NCBI GenBank assembly: GCA_030704615.1
Contig: CM060731.1
Coordinates: 84,196,001 to 84,260,000, forward strand
DNA: 64,000 nucleotides
Direction: 5' to 3'
Source: Takakia lepidozioides
Lineage: Eukaryota > Plantae > Bryophyta
In this document: in pieces, positions 13,913-25,537 of the stretch
Layout: each line of letters begins with the position of its first letter
Numbering within the stretch: the stretch's first letter is position 1
Program-made: the position numbers and the translations under genes
Notes under the pieces: model-generated
Databases searched by the model: none
Seen by the model: only the letters and a program-made list of their open reading frames with translations
What the model was told of the DNA's origin: nothing

Positions 13913-14306
13913 GGAAAAATGGCGCCGAATTTCTCTATTTTGGGCCGAAAACTGGCTAAGTCCCAACATGCACTAGTACCCCTGTGTCTGGAAAAATGGC
14001 TCCGAATTTCCTTATTTTGGGCTGAAACTGGCTAAGTCCGAACATGCTCGGGAACGATGTCTGGAAAAATGGCGCCGAATTTCCAGTTACATGGCCCAGA
14101 ACTGCCCAACATCTGTACAATCCCCGGCACCATGTACCGAAATTCGGCGCCACATTTCCAAATTTTGGGCTTACACACCTGTCTTGAGGGGACCTATAGC
14201 TGCGGAATTCGGCACCATTTTTCGCCAGAAAGACCTATTACCGCGAAATACGTCGCGGTTCTTTCTGGTTACGGACCCTATTACCGCGAAATTCGGTGCC
14301 ATTTTT
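13913..14306. repeat. Six subterminal copies of a GAAAAATGGCGCCGAATTTC-like motif in both orientations
   Basis: Copies at about 13913, 13990, 14063, 14139, 14204 and 14288. Confidence 0.8.
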
Positions 14307-14589
14307 GCACATGTCGCTGGGAATTGGCATGAGCGGAAGACGAAATATCATGAGCACAACTCTCAAAACTACAATTTTCCCTTCAAGGTGCCAAATAATA
14401 TATTTGATTTTTCTGACACATTGCATTAAATTAATGTTTTATAATGTTTTTTATTTTCAAAATTTGTACTTCTGCTCATGAAAACCGATTGTCTTGCTAC
14501 TCCGCTCATGCCGCTCATGCCGCTCATGCTCATGAAATAGCTAACCTCGTAGGAGGGCTGAGGCGAGGATACTTGGGCGTACGGGCTCT

Positions 14590-16460
14590 CTTCACCTGTG
14601 TACAAACCATGAATACATCCTCAGCCTTGCTGCTAGCAGCTGAAGCAGCTGACACTGACGGCGTGAAGTTCTTCCAGCAAACACCCCAACCCTACCTACA
14701 GTAACATGTCAAAATCACTACAAAACCACCATAGATCCACCAACGAGCTTCTCATCATCTATGTTATCTGTTTTTTGATACTTTCCTTCTGCCACATCAG
14801 CTGTAACTTGTCAAAGTCACTCCTAACCACCACAGATTCACTCAACGAGCTAACTTACAGAATTAAATATGCATCTCAGGCCGGACGAGTCTGATGAGAA
14901 GGTAAAACAGACAGAAATAGGTTGAAGAAGAAGGTGCCCTCACCACATTGTCGTTGACCTTGTGTCATGACCCATAGAGGATTTGACCGAACATCAATCC
15001 AAAAGGACCTCTTGTGTGTGCAGCTTGTGTATGCAGCATTCAGAATTACATCTGGTAATCTGACAGACATTCACCTTTTTGCCTCGGTTGTCCCACCATT
15101 GGCTGGGGTCAGAAAAGTATTCACCCCGCAGCTTCTCCTCATCTCTGTTACCTGTTTTTGGATATTTTCCTGTTGTCACATTGGCAGTATCATGTCAAAG
15201 TCACTCCAAACTACCAAAGATTCACTCAACCAGCTAACATGCAGAATTCAACATGGAAATTTAGGGCAGATTCTGATAAGAGGGGAAAACAGGGTGAAAT
15301 GTGTAAAGAAGGTGCCTTCTCCTCATCCATGTTATCTGTTTTTGGTTAGGAAATCATAATGACATCTGGTAATCTGACAGGCATTCACTTTTTTCCTTGG
15401 TTGTCCCACCATTGGCTGGCGTCAGAAAAGTATTCATCCCACAGCTTCTCCTCATCTCTGTTTACCTATTTTTTGATACTTTCCTGTGTCACATTCATGT
15501 CAAAGTCACTTCAAACTACCAAAGGTTCACTCAATCAGCTAACTTGCAGAATTCAACATGAAAATGTACGGCAGATTCTGATAAGAGGGGAAAACAGGGT
15601 GAAATGTGTTGAAGAAAGTGCCTTCTCCTCATCCATGTTATATGTTTTTGGATACTTTCATGCTGCCACATCGGCAGTAACTTGTCAAAGTCACTCCTAA
15701 CCACCACAGATCCACCCAACCAGCTAACTTACAGAGTTCAATATGCATCTTAGGGCCGAGTCTGATGAGAGGGTAAAACAGACAGAATAAGGTTGAAAAA
15801 AAGGGTGCCCTCACCACATTGTCCTTGACCTTGTGTCATGACCCATGAAGGATTTGACCGAACATCAACCCTAAAGGACCTCTTGTGTGTGCAGCTTGTG
15901 TGTGCAGCCTTCAGAATGACATCTTGTAATCTGCAGGCATTCACCTTTTTGCCTCGTTTGTCCCACCATTGGTTGGGGTCAGAAAAGTATTCATCCCACA
16001 GCTTCTCCTTAGCTCTGCTTACCTATTTTTGGATACTTTCATGTGTCACATTGGCAGTATCATGTCAAAGTCACTTCAAACTACCAAAGGTTCACTCAAT
16101 CAGCTAACTTGCAGAATTCAACGTGGAAATGTATGGCCGATTCTGATAAGAGGGGAAGACAGGGTGAAAATGTGTTGAAGAAGGTGCTTCTCCTACCCTA
16201 TGTTGACTATTTTTGGATACTTTCCTGCTGTTATATTGGTAGTAGCTTGTCAAAGTCATTCCTAACCACCACCGATCCACCCAACGAGCTAAAGTACAAA
16301 ATTCAATATGCATCTCAGGGCCGAGTCTGATGAGAGGGCAAAACATGCTGAAATAGGTGAAAAAAAAAGTTGCCCTCACCACATTGTCCTTGACCTTGTG
16401 TCATGACCCATGGAGGATTTGATCGACCATCAATCCAAAAGGACCTCTTGTGTGTGCTGC
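14590..16460 (-). repeat. Degenerate tandem repeats with OSB/PDF-like coding remnants
   Basis: Repeated blocks (tgtcaaagtcact...; ggggtcagaaaagtattca). The minus strand reads EEKLRGEYFSDPSQWWDNRGKKVN. Related pieces lie at about 21190-21340, 48205-48290 and 49115-49430. Confidence 0.6.
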
Positions 16461-16835
16461 TTGTGTCCGTAGTCAGGTACTGTCGGATCGCTATGTGAGA
16501 ACCACCACGCCTCCACCACGGTGCAGCTGAGCAGACGCCGATTGACACACGGCCTGCTAAGACCAACCTACTCTCCCAAGAATGAAGCGCACAACAAAGT
16601 GGGCAGCAAAGTGGGCATAGGGCTTAGTGAGGCGGAAAAAATAAACGACCCAAAAAAACGACGCGAACGATGTCGCGGCACGTAGTTAGAGACCTTACCA
16701 ATACGCTATATACACACATATGAAACTTATCCCCAAATATATATATATATATATATACTAGGGCTTCGTGTTGCTCCGCACTACTAGCGACGAATTCTGA
16801 GAACTGCGTTCAATTGGCACAAAAAGGTGTGAGTC

Positions 16836-17310
16836 CGGAGGTGTCTATGACGGGCTGGATCGTATCGTTGTCTTTGTTGATTGGTGTTTTTTTGTTGTGC
16901 AAATCTGTTATGTTGGTACGATGTTCAACGTTGGCGAAATCAATGTCAGTGGATTCAAACACCGATCTTAAGATTGATGGTGGAATATCGTTCTCTGGTA
17001 GTCCATCCAATATGTCGTTATCAATTTGAATGTCCTTGTAACCCGTGTGATTTCTTTTTAGCCAGGTTAACCAGGTCGTTACTGCAAGTCTATGTACGTA
17101 TAGCAAATTACATGTTTTTACGACATTAACGGGTGGATGTGAAGTGCCGACGAAGTGGACGGCGACCATATCGGATAATGAATCTAAGGGAGGTGGCCAT
17201 TTGTTCAACAATTCGACTGCACGGCCTAGATTTTGAGCAAAACTCACCAAATTTCCTCTCAATGCGTGTTGTCCCTTTCCGCCTTTATTTATATATCATA
17301 ATTTGAACAA
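16836..17310 (-). pseudogene. Fragment of the N-terminal region of a Helitron Rep/helicase (DUF6570-like)
   Basis: LRGNLVSFAQN...PPPLDSLSDMVAVHFVG...VHRLAVTTWLTWLKRNHTGYKDIQID. Confidence 0.65.
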
Positions 17311-17349
17311 CATCACAGCATAAATTTAGAAAATCTCCCAGAAAACGTA

Positions 17350-17940
17350 GTGCCCATCACACCCGTTTCAAGAACGTTCGATTATCACCACACGGAAGAT
17401 GAACTGAAAAAACCAAATAAATTCAAAATCAGCAGACGTCAATTGCCTCTGATACCCGCATACTGCCTAACTGACTACAAAGGCCAAGGCAAAACTTTCG
17501 ACAGGATAATCATCGACTTGCAAAAATCACCAGATGGACACCCCTTGAACATGCACAACATTTACGTCACACTGTCTCGTTTGCGTTCCCTACAAGGACT
17601 AGTAATACTTGGGGCCATTAAGTTCGAAGACATCCAAGGAGCCAAATTCAAGACAGGCTCACTAGAGTTCATGGCTCCACAAGCCGATTGTAATGTCCAA
17701 AAACAAAAATCACACAAAACCACGGAACACATCAGCACGGTGAATACAAACCTTGCCGCCAAAACACTCCAACCAAGACACACATTCGGAGAAATAAAAA
17801 TGCCAACCAATTCTGAAGCCGAACATCCCACACTGATAGAATCAAATGAAAACCAAACTTGCTCAGAATTAGCTCCCACACCGCTTGAAATCATAGAAAT
17901 CGATTCTGAAGACGAACAATCCGACACAAATTTCCGCTAA
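17350..17940 (+). pseudogene. C-terminal fragment of a PIF1-type Helitron helicase
   Basis: RRQLPLIPAYCLTDYKGQGKT and NIYVTLSRLRSLQGL (SF1 motifs V and VI). Confidence 0.85.
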
Positions 17941-17967
17941 GAAACATATTGGCACGAAGATCTCCTA

Positions 17968-18490
17968 TTGATAGCGCACGACGAACAAATCATCTTGGAT
18001 GACAATGGATGGTTGTGTGACCAGCATTTGGCGGCCGGGATGCAAATACTATTTCATCAGGAACTGGAAACACAAAACTACCAACAACATGCGTATTCGA
18101 CTCTACTAGGCAGAACGAAATACACCAGAAGTGTTTGCAGCACGTGTTTGTCAACAACAACCATTGGATTCTAACAATGATAAATCCAAACGAAACTAAT
18201 TGTCAATGTACGGTGTTTGATTCCAGCATGCCCACGGATAAGTGGCTACCGAAGGAAATAGAACAACATCTCACAAAATTAATCCCAATCCCACAATTCA
18301 ATTATTTCTAGCCGATGTCATGCAACAGACTGACGGTTCATCCTGTGGCGTATTTGCAATAGCTTATGCCACGGATATAGCATTCGGATTAAATTCCGCA
18401 CATTCCCGATACGCAACATCCACCATGAGAACCCACTTGAGAGATTTCATAAACAATCGAAGAATTGAGCCATTTCCAAAACAACATTAA
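17968..18490 (+). pseudogene. Ulp1/C48-like cysteine protease fragment, frameshifted
   Basis: WLCDQHL, NNHWIL, VFDS and QQTDGSSCGVFAIA. Confidence 0.8.
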
Positions 18491-18639
18491 ATTTAAAATG
18501 GTGTAGTGTGCGTGGTGCTAGTTTCCTATTGCATGGGATCCAACCCAATGTTAGGAGTGCCATAGGTGTGTGCGTCGGTATTTGTTGTTTCCTTCAAGGC
18601 TCAGTGTAGGGATGCTATGGAGGGCTTGGGTTTCTCAAT

Positions 18640-19050
18640 TTCTCTGAATGTTTTCTTTTTCTTTCCTTATTTCGGGAGGGCGATCATCTTTGTACTCTTT
18701 GCACAATTTACGGTGCTGAGTCTGCATCTCTGGTTTGATGTCCGACTTTGTATGTTTTTCCAGAGATTGTCCAATGGAATAGACATGTACGCTCTCTTCC
18801 TCGCATTGGCACTTTTGGGTCGCCCGATCCGAAGACAATACGAACAGCATTGAAATTTGCTTGAGCACTATCCGCCATGAAACCTGTGAAATTTGGAGAT
18901 GGCAGCCCATGACACGTATCAAGGAATTCCACATGAGCTTCTGGGATTCCGTATCCTCGGATTGCATGTCACAAACTGCAATTGTCATAACTCGTTGGTA
19001 CACTGGATCGTAGACATGACAAGCCATTGTCGTCCAATCCTTCACTCGTG
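18640..19050 (-). pseudogene. Fragment of a related Mutator-like transposase core
   Basis: WTTMACHVYD...MTIAVCDMQSED and GFMADSAQANFNAVR...ERTCLFHW align with the 33201..35696 protein. Confidence 0.85.
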
Positions 19051-19388
19051 GGGTGGTTATTTGATGTGATGTCTGATGCTTAACTAAGGACGGACGGAGG
19101 GGGAGGGGGAGGGGGAGGGGGAGAGGGAGGGGGGGGGCGAGGTGTCTGCATACCCGGCAGAAAAGGGGGTTCAAATCCCCCTCACTTCTTGGGCATAGAT
19201 AGGGGTAAGCCTATGACAAATATACTTTTGCATAGTTCCTCATGTTTTTTGCATAGTATATATTTCCAATAATGAAAAGAAACACTGTATGTGTGGGGAT
19301 GACCCACACCTTTTTGTGCCAATTGAACGCAGTTCTCAGAATTCGTCGCTAGTAGTGCGGAGCAACGCGAGAATTAGAAATCCTTACT

Positions 19389-19875
19389 CTTACCAGGAGA
19401 GTCAGATCGAAGAAGCAACGTCGTCAGAGATTGGGACGTTGCCTAATTAAGCCTCACAAGGATTATCAACGTTCGTACTACCAATGGCAAAATGAGGGAA
19501 AGCTACAGTCTTCGCTGAGAGCTCTCAGCTTGCAAGGTGAATGATGGCGGGAAACGCAAAGCTCCTGCAGTTCAATAATTGCAACAACTTCAAGAATTTG
19601 CTGCACTCAAACAGCCATTGCAACAGATAAGAGGGCTGTTGATACACAAAAATGTTTGAAATGATGTTTATGATCTATGGAGCTTAAGACGTTTCCCACT
19701 AGGAGGATCAGAATGCTTGGTCTTACCAGGAGAGTCAAATCGAAGAAGAAACGTCGTCAGTGATTGGGAAGTCGCATAATTAATCCTCACAAGGATTATC
19801 AACGTTCGTTGCAAAGTGAACGATAGCGGAAAACGCAGAGCTCTTGCAGTTTAAGAACTGCAACAACTTCAAGAA
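19389..19875. repeat. Imperfect direct duplication with a period of about 333 bp
   Basis: cttaccaggagagtca...cacaaggattatcaacgttcgt occurs at 19389 and 19722. Confidence 0.75.
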
Positions 19876-20759
19876 CCGCAACAACCGGGCAGACCCTGCA
19901 CGCTCTGGGAAAATTTGGTGCTTTGGGCGTTCTCGGGCGGGCAGTCTGGGCAGGGACCAAACAAAAATGTAAAATACACATCTGCTGTTTTGTTGTTTCG
20001 CGCAAGAAAAATGGCATAGTGTTGCCAAAGTTGACCCAATCAAAATGCTTATGTGAACCTTGAGCCCTACGACCAATCATATTTTTGGGGAATTTTATCA
20101 AAATATTTTTTGTCAAGTGGCAAAAAGTAAGCAAGTCTTGGGCCAACAGACCGATTGACTCACTAATAACAAACTACTCTTTGTCACATTTGGATTCATA
20201 ATTCACTTGCATGGATATTGACAAAGTCCATATTAGGCATCCTTCATCCTTGTTATGTGTTATGAACCCACTCTAAAAACTCTTATAGGCATACTTATGA
20301 CAGATCGTAAAAAAATCATAGTAAATCCAAAAAATATATTTCTTCTCACGGTTAATAAGCATGCAAATGCCATCATGCCACAATTGGTAGAAATTCTGAC
20401 AGCAATGCTCAGGGAACTTTTAGTTTATGAATATCCTGCCAGAAATATATAGACACCAAGCTGTATTGATTATCGTTCAAACACTATGGCTGCCAGTCGA
20501 TAGAGTATGCAATTCCGTTGCAATGTGCCAAAGCCATGACCAATGGGCTATGGCTTCCCATGACCAAGATGTCAGGACACTCTCTTTGAACTTCCTTGCA
20601 TATCGTACTCTTTATATCTCCTTGCTTCAACCAGTCTTCAAATTCCAATTGTCTTTAAAGAAAACCCACACATGAGAAAAGTATTGTGTCCAGCTCTCTT
20701 GTTCACAACATTTGCGACACCTATGAGGGTTAAACTGATGTTTTCATTCAATGTACTAA

Positions 20760-21900
20760 CACCCAGACCATGGACCTTTTTCCCCTTTTCCAGAGCTCCC
20801 AGGCTTAATGCACACGCATTGCGAACACAAACAAATGTGATGTGGTTGGGCGTTACCCCTTTGCGCATCATTTGCTCATAGGTCTCCTCCATCCCGCACC
20901 CTTGCTGTGCATATCCTGCAATCATCGCAATCCACGACACCACATCTCGTTCAGCCATACTGTCGAACACCCCCTTCATACATGGTCACGAGGGTATTGT
21001 TCAGAAGGACATTTGGTACAATTGCAACTCTTACAATGTCGCCATGCACCTCTTCACCCTCTTTCAGAGCTGCCAGGCTTGTACACGCATTGCAAATGCA
21101 CACAAGCGTGAGGTGGTCGGGCTTCACCCCATCCCCCACCATTTGATCACAGGTCTCTAAGGCTTCCATACCACGCCTGGCATATGTTACCTATTTCTGG
21201 ATACTTTCCTGTTGTCACATTGGCAGTATCATGTCAGTCACTCCAAACTATCAAAGGGTCACGCAACCAGCTAACCTGCAGAATTCAACATGGAAATTTA
21301 GGGCCAATTCTGATACGATGAAAAACAGGGTGAAATCTGTTGATTACCAACCATGTTACCATACCAAATGTACAAACCATGTTACAAACTCAATACAACT
21401 GCTCCCTCACAAATTTCTGACATCTGTCCTTACATCATTTGTGTTCATCCCTCCAGCAAGGCTCAACATAGTAGTGGATAGCATCACACAAGCTGATGCC
21501 TGCTAACAATGCTTTTCGCCACATGTTCTGCTACCCCCACATCTCCATGAAGTTTGCAGGAACCAAGCAAGGCCCTCCATACCCTAGAATCTGGTTGGAT
21601 TGACATTTTGCTACTATAAACTCCTTTGCCTCATCTAATCGCCCTGCACAGCCAAGAAGGCGGTTTCACCCCTTCCCCCATCATTTCCTCATGTCTCCAA
21701 GGCCTCCATCCTGCGCCCCTGCTGTGCATACCCTGCAAACATCACAATCCACGACACCACATCTCGTTCAGCCATAGTGTTCAGAATGATAGGTAATCTG
21801 ATAGGCATTCACCTTTTTGCCTTGGTTGTCCCGATTCCAGCTTTGGCAATGCAATCATGCACCTCTTTGCCCTTTTCCAAGGCAGCCAGGCTTGCATACG
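20760..21900 (-). pseudogene. PLS-class pentatricopeptide repeat gene fragments
   Basis: VFDSMAERDVVSWIAMIAGYAQQG, GVTPNHITFVCV and GVKPDHLTLVCICNACTSLAALKEGEEVH. Frameshifted and interrupted. Confidence 0.85.
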
Positions 21901-22319
21901 CAACATCGACTTCATCCCTCTCTCTTATATTTGCAACTGCCTGGGCAACTATGGCTCCGACTACTGCCTCTTTGGAGGATTCATGTTCTATCAGAGACTT
22001 GATATCACTACCCTCTACTCCCCAGTCTGCAGCATGGATACCCAGACCACAAACGAAGACAAGGAGCGAGAAAGAAGCAGCAGCGCGCGCCTGCGAGTGA
22101 CAAGTTCGGGTAGTTTTCGACAGAATTTGGCGACGAAACGTGGCAACGATGATGTGGCGACGATGATGTGGCACTTTGGCACCCTATTCCTGCTCTACGC
22201 TAAACTAGCTTCCGACCTTCAGTCGTCGCTAGAATATATATATATATATTAGGAATTTTTCAGACCCTTTCTATATACATAGTCTATATGTGGGGGTATT
22301 TAATTAACCCCCTTCTGTT

Positions 22320-23650
22320 CACGCACAGGATAGGTACATTAACCCTTGGTGCACCCCCCAAGTATGAATGTCGCCCCGAGTGCCGGCCGTGATAACCAAC
22401 AAAGGACTAGTAACCCAACCCCTATGTTGGAGCGCAAGAATAAGTGGCGCATATTTCAACAGTTTGTCTAGAGTTGAGTCAGCGGGGTAGTGATCATGGT
22501 AGTATGTGAACTCAATAAAGTAAATGGTAAGGTTCGGGGTTGGGGTGGTGGGCGGGGGGAGTTTATGGGTAGACCATGTATAAGCAAAATGTCTGGGCAT
22601 AGTCTGGCGGGACAGGTGCAGGGGGAGTGGGGGCAAGTACAGGGGAGAAGCCAGTGCGGACCAACCCATTCATTTTATCAAAGTCCGTGCACACACAGGT
22701 ATTAGGGGAAATGAGGCTGCCGACCTCTTTGCCCAGGAAGGTGCCGACGAACCCCCTATCGACCCTACCAATGACCTCATACACATAGCGCACACCCACC
22801 CATATTTCTGGCTCATATACCCCATACCCGACCCCCTTGAACCACGGCCCATACGCAACCTTTTGAAAACCCTCACTCGAGAAGCCAATAAGCAAACCTC
22901 GGCATCTGCTAGCCACACTAAAATACATATACAGAAATGGACACAATCTGCAGTGCTCCATAACAAACTCTCAAACTACTTCTGGCACTCCAAAGCAGCC
23001 AAATTAGACAGACCCTTAAATTCCGGTACGCCCAATATATGGAACACTACTGTAAACATGTTTTCTCGCCACGCCTCTTTCCCTCCCCGCATTGTCCCCT
23101 CTGTTCTCATCCCATTCTCATACCCACCAGGAAAGTGACACTTGGCCACACCTTCTCAGCAAATGCACTCACCCGGTCATCCATGGGCTTCGTATAACCC
23201 GCCATAACCACGCAGTCTAGCACATCCATAAACTTCTCATGCACCGCGCCGAGACCAGATGGTTCTCACTAATTAACGCTGGTACTTACCAATGACGACC
23301 CCCAGATAGCCAGGTTGGTGATGGCTGTGATGAGATTGCGGTCAGGGTGATGAAGGTGAGAAGATGGACGAAATCGGTGGTTGTGGACATGAGAAAGAGC
23401 GAGGTGAGGCTGTCTGTGAAGATATAATGTGAAGGAAAAAATGAGGTCAAATGGGAAAGTGCTTCAAATATTGCCATTAATTAGTTATGCGCGGAGTATG
23501 GCAGCAGGGCTAGGGAGTCTATGAGCGGTGCCCTGGTGGTAGCGGCATGGTATACTCCATAACCGGCATCGGAGCCGGTGAGGGAGGTGTCGGTGTAGTG
23601 GGAGTGGGACGGGGGAGATTTGGGGGGTATAATTTGGCGGTAGGATAGGA
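22320..23650. mobile_element. Non-LTR retrotransposon relic (RNase H, zinc knuckle, REL endonuclease) with an inverted middle block
   Basis: Minus 23650-23286: YTDTS...GYGVY and YIFTDSLTSL. Plus 22660-23285: KVRAHTGIRGNEAAD and CPLC...H....C. Minus 22660-22320: RLCPDILLI...IEFTY. Confidence 0.7.
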
Positions 23651-25537
23651 GGGTGTGGATGCTGCATAAGCGGTGAGCAGGATTAAGCATGAGCATGAGC
23701 ACATATTAGCATGAACAGAGCATATTACAAGGAATATTCGTCGAATTTTGACCTTCACAACCTAATATTTGACTGTTTTTTCGTATGAAATCTAATCTCC
23801 ATACCATAAAAAGATATACATATAAAATGGATTCAGTCAAAATAATATATACGGTGCAATGTATACATGATGATGTCATGAAATTTTATCATTGTAATGG
23901 TATCCTATATGTATACATATGTCATATATATACTCATATACACGCAAATGTATAAAATAATTATAATAAATAGTATTGGGATAAAATAAACAAATGACGT
24001 CTATTCAATTTCATCAATTCATGTTTTGTCAAACCAGAAATACAAATATACAAACAATTTGGAAGAGAAAATTTGATATCATTTAAAACCTAATGTTTTT
24101 ATTCAAAACATTATAAACAGGTACAATATCTCCATAGTTTCAAACGGAAACTATGAATTTTGATCCTAAATTGTAACTTGATGTTCGTCGACAACATCAT
24201 TATCCGTAAGCAACATATGATTTTGAAATGTTCATATAATATTTTTGGAATAACAATTTCTACCTCTATTTTTTTGTTGTGCCATATTTTGGTTTTGTTT
24301 GTCCCGACTATATTTCTCCACGAAATAAATATAGAGTCCACTGGAATGTCGTCTTCACCATCATCACTTGGTACCCAAGTTCTATACAAACAGTTGTTGT
24401 ATCGTAGTGACACTACAATTACATTTTTGGGATGTTTTTGGGTGTTTTCGGCCTGTACCACATAATATGATTTAGCCATCATCATGCGTTTGTCGCGTTA
24501 TGTTCAACACTTTGCCCACTCAAAATGGAACGCCATTTTGTACTTGTTCGTCCTCAATATGCCCACCCACAAAATGTCCTGCTTCGATGTCTTTCCATGG
24601 AGCAAATTCTTCGGATATTCCAACATTCATAGCCAAATTGACATCAGTTGCTTCTTTGTCCACTTCGAGCACTTCTTCAACCTTCATTTTCGTCTCTAAG
24701 ACCTCTCACAAATGTAGGCGTATCATCATCGGAGTTCCAATCAAATACGTCCATGCTTGGTGTTGTGGTATTTTGCACTGTTTTGCATTTTTTGCAAGGA
24801 ATTGTAACGTCTGCAGGTAATATGAAATCATCGACATGAGTTTCTTCATTTGTTGATCTCATTGATGAACTGACAGTTCGATGTTTGTAGCGTCGTTTGT
24901 GAGAATGTATGCGATTGACATTATTAGGGATAATAATATCATCAATATCTGTCTCAGCAACAACATTGTTGTGCCTCAACATCATAATTTCGAGTCACGT
25001 CTTCAATCTCTCCAAGTATCTGTGTTTTCGGCCACGAGATCATATGACAGAATTGATGCACTCTTCCATTGCATCCAAAACCCTTCGTGAATTTTGGTCT
25101 CTGGTACCAACACTTCTTTTATATGAACCGCAACATCATGTGGCTCAAAACAAACCAGTAATCTTTTTGCAACGATAACGCTGTCAGTACTTATCAATTC
25201 AACAAGCTTAATTCTGCAATCTGTACAAAACATTGACTTATTTATTAGTATATTTTCATAGTAACAAGTTATTTTACAGATATTAAATTCATGCAACTTT
25301 GAGTTTAGTAACTATAATTCTTGTTATTCATAAAAAGATAAAAGTAACATTTCAACATATGTTAGGATGTAGGGTGTTTATATTGTGCACATATCAATAA
25401 CCGTAGTGCCTAATTTATTGTACCTTACTTTATATATGACCGAAGTTAGAACATAATTCATTATATGACCAAATCACAATTTAATCTTAATAAATATTAT
25501 TTGTAACGTTAATCTAACCAATTCTACATATATGTCA

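Larger units (their letters stand above)
9908..14548 (+). mobile_element. Right part of a second, diverged subfamily of the same transposon type
   Basis: Carries a homologous MTase gene and ends in (gctcat)n...gctcatgaaatagctaacctc, nearly the reverse complement of the left TIR at 31037. Confidence 0.8.
16758..19377. mobile_element. Rearranged Helitron-like remnant
   Basis: Helitron-type protein fragments on both strands. The minus-strand end reads ...gcggagcaacacgaagccCTAG next to (TA)n. A 62-bp inverted repeat lies at 16770-16831 and 19305-19366. Confidence 0.7.

Noticed and set aside
1-14548. Treating 1-14548 as one element ending at the 14548 TIR
   Set aside because: Sequence after the gap does not match the right arm of copy 2 and carries a different paralog. 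The join across the gap is unverified.
23760-25530. AT-rich stretch with short minus-strand ORFs
   Set aside because: No recognisable motifs. It is probably a decayed element, and no call can be supported.
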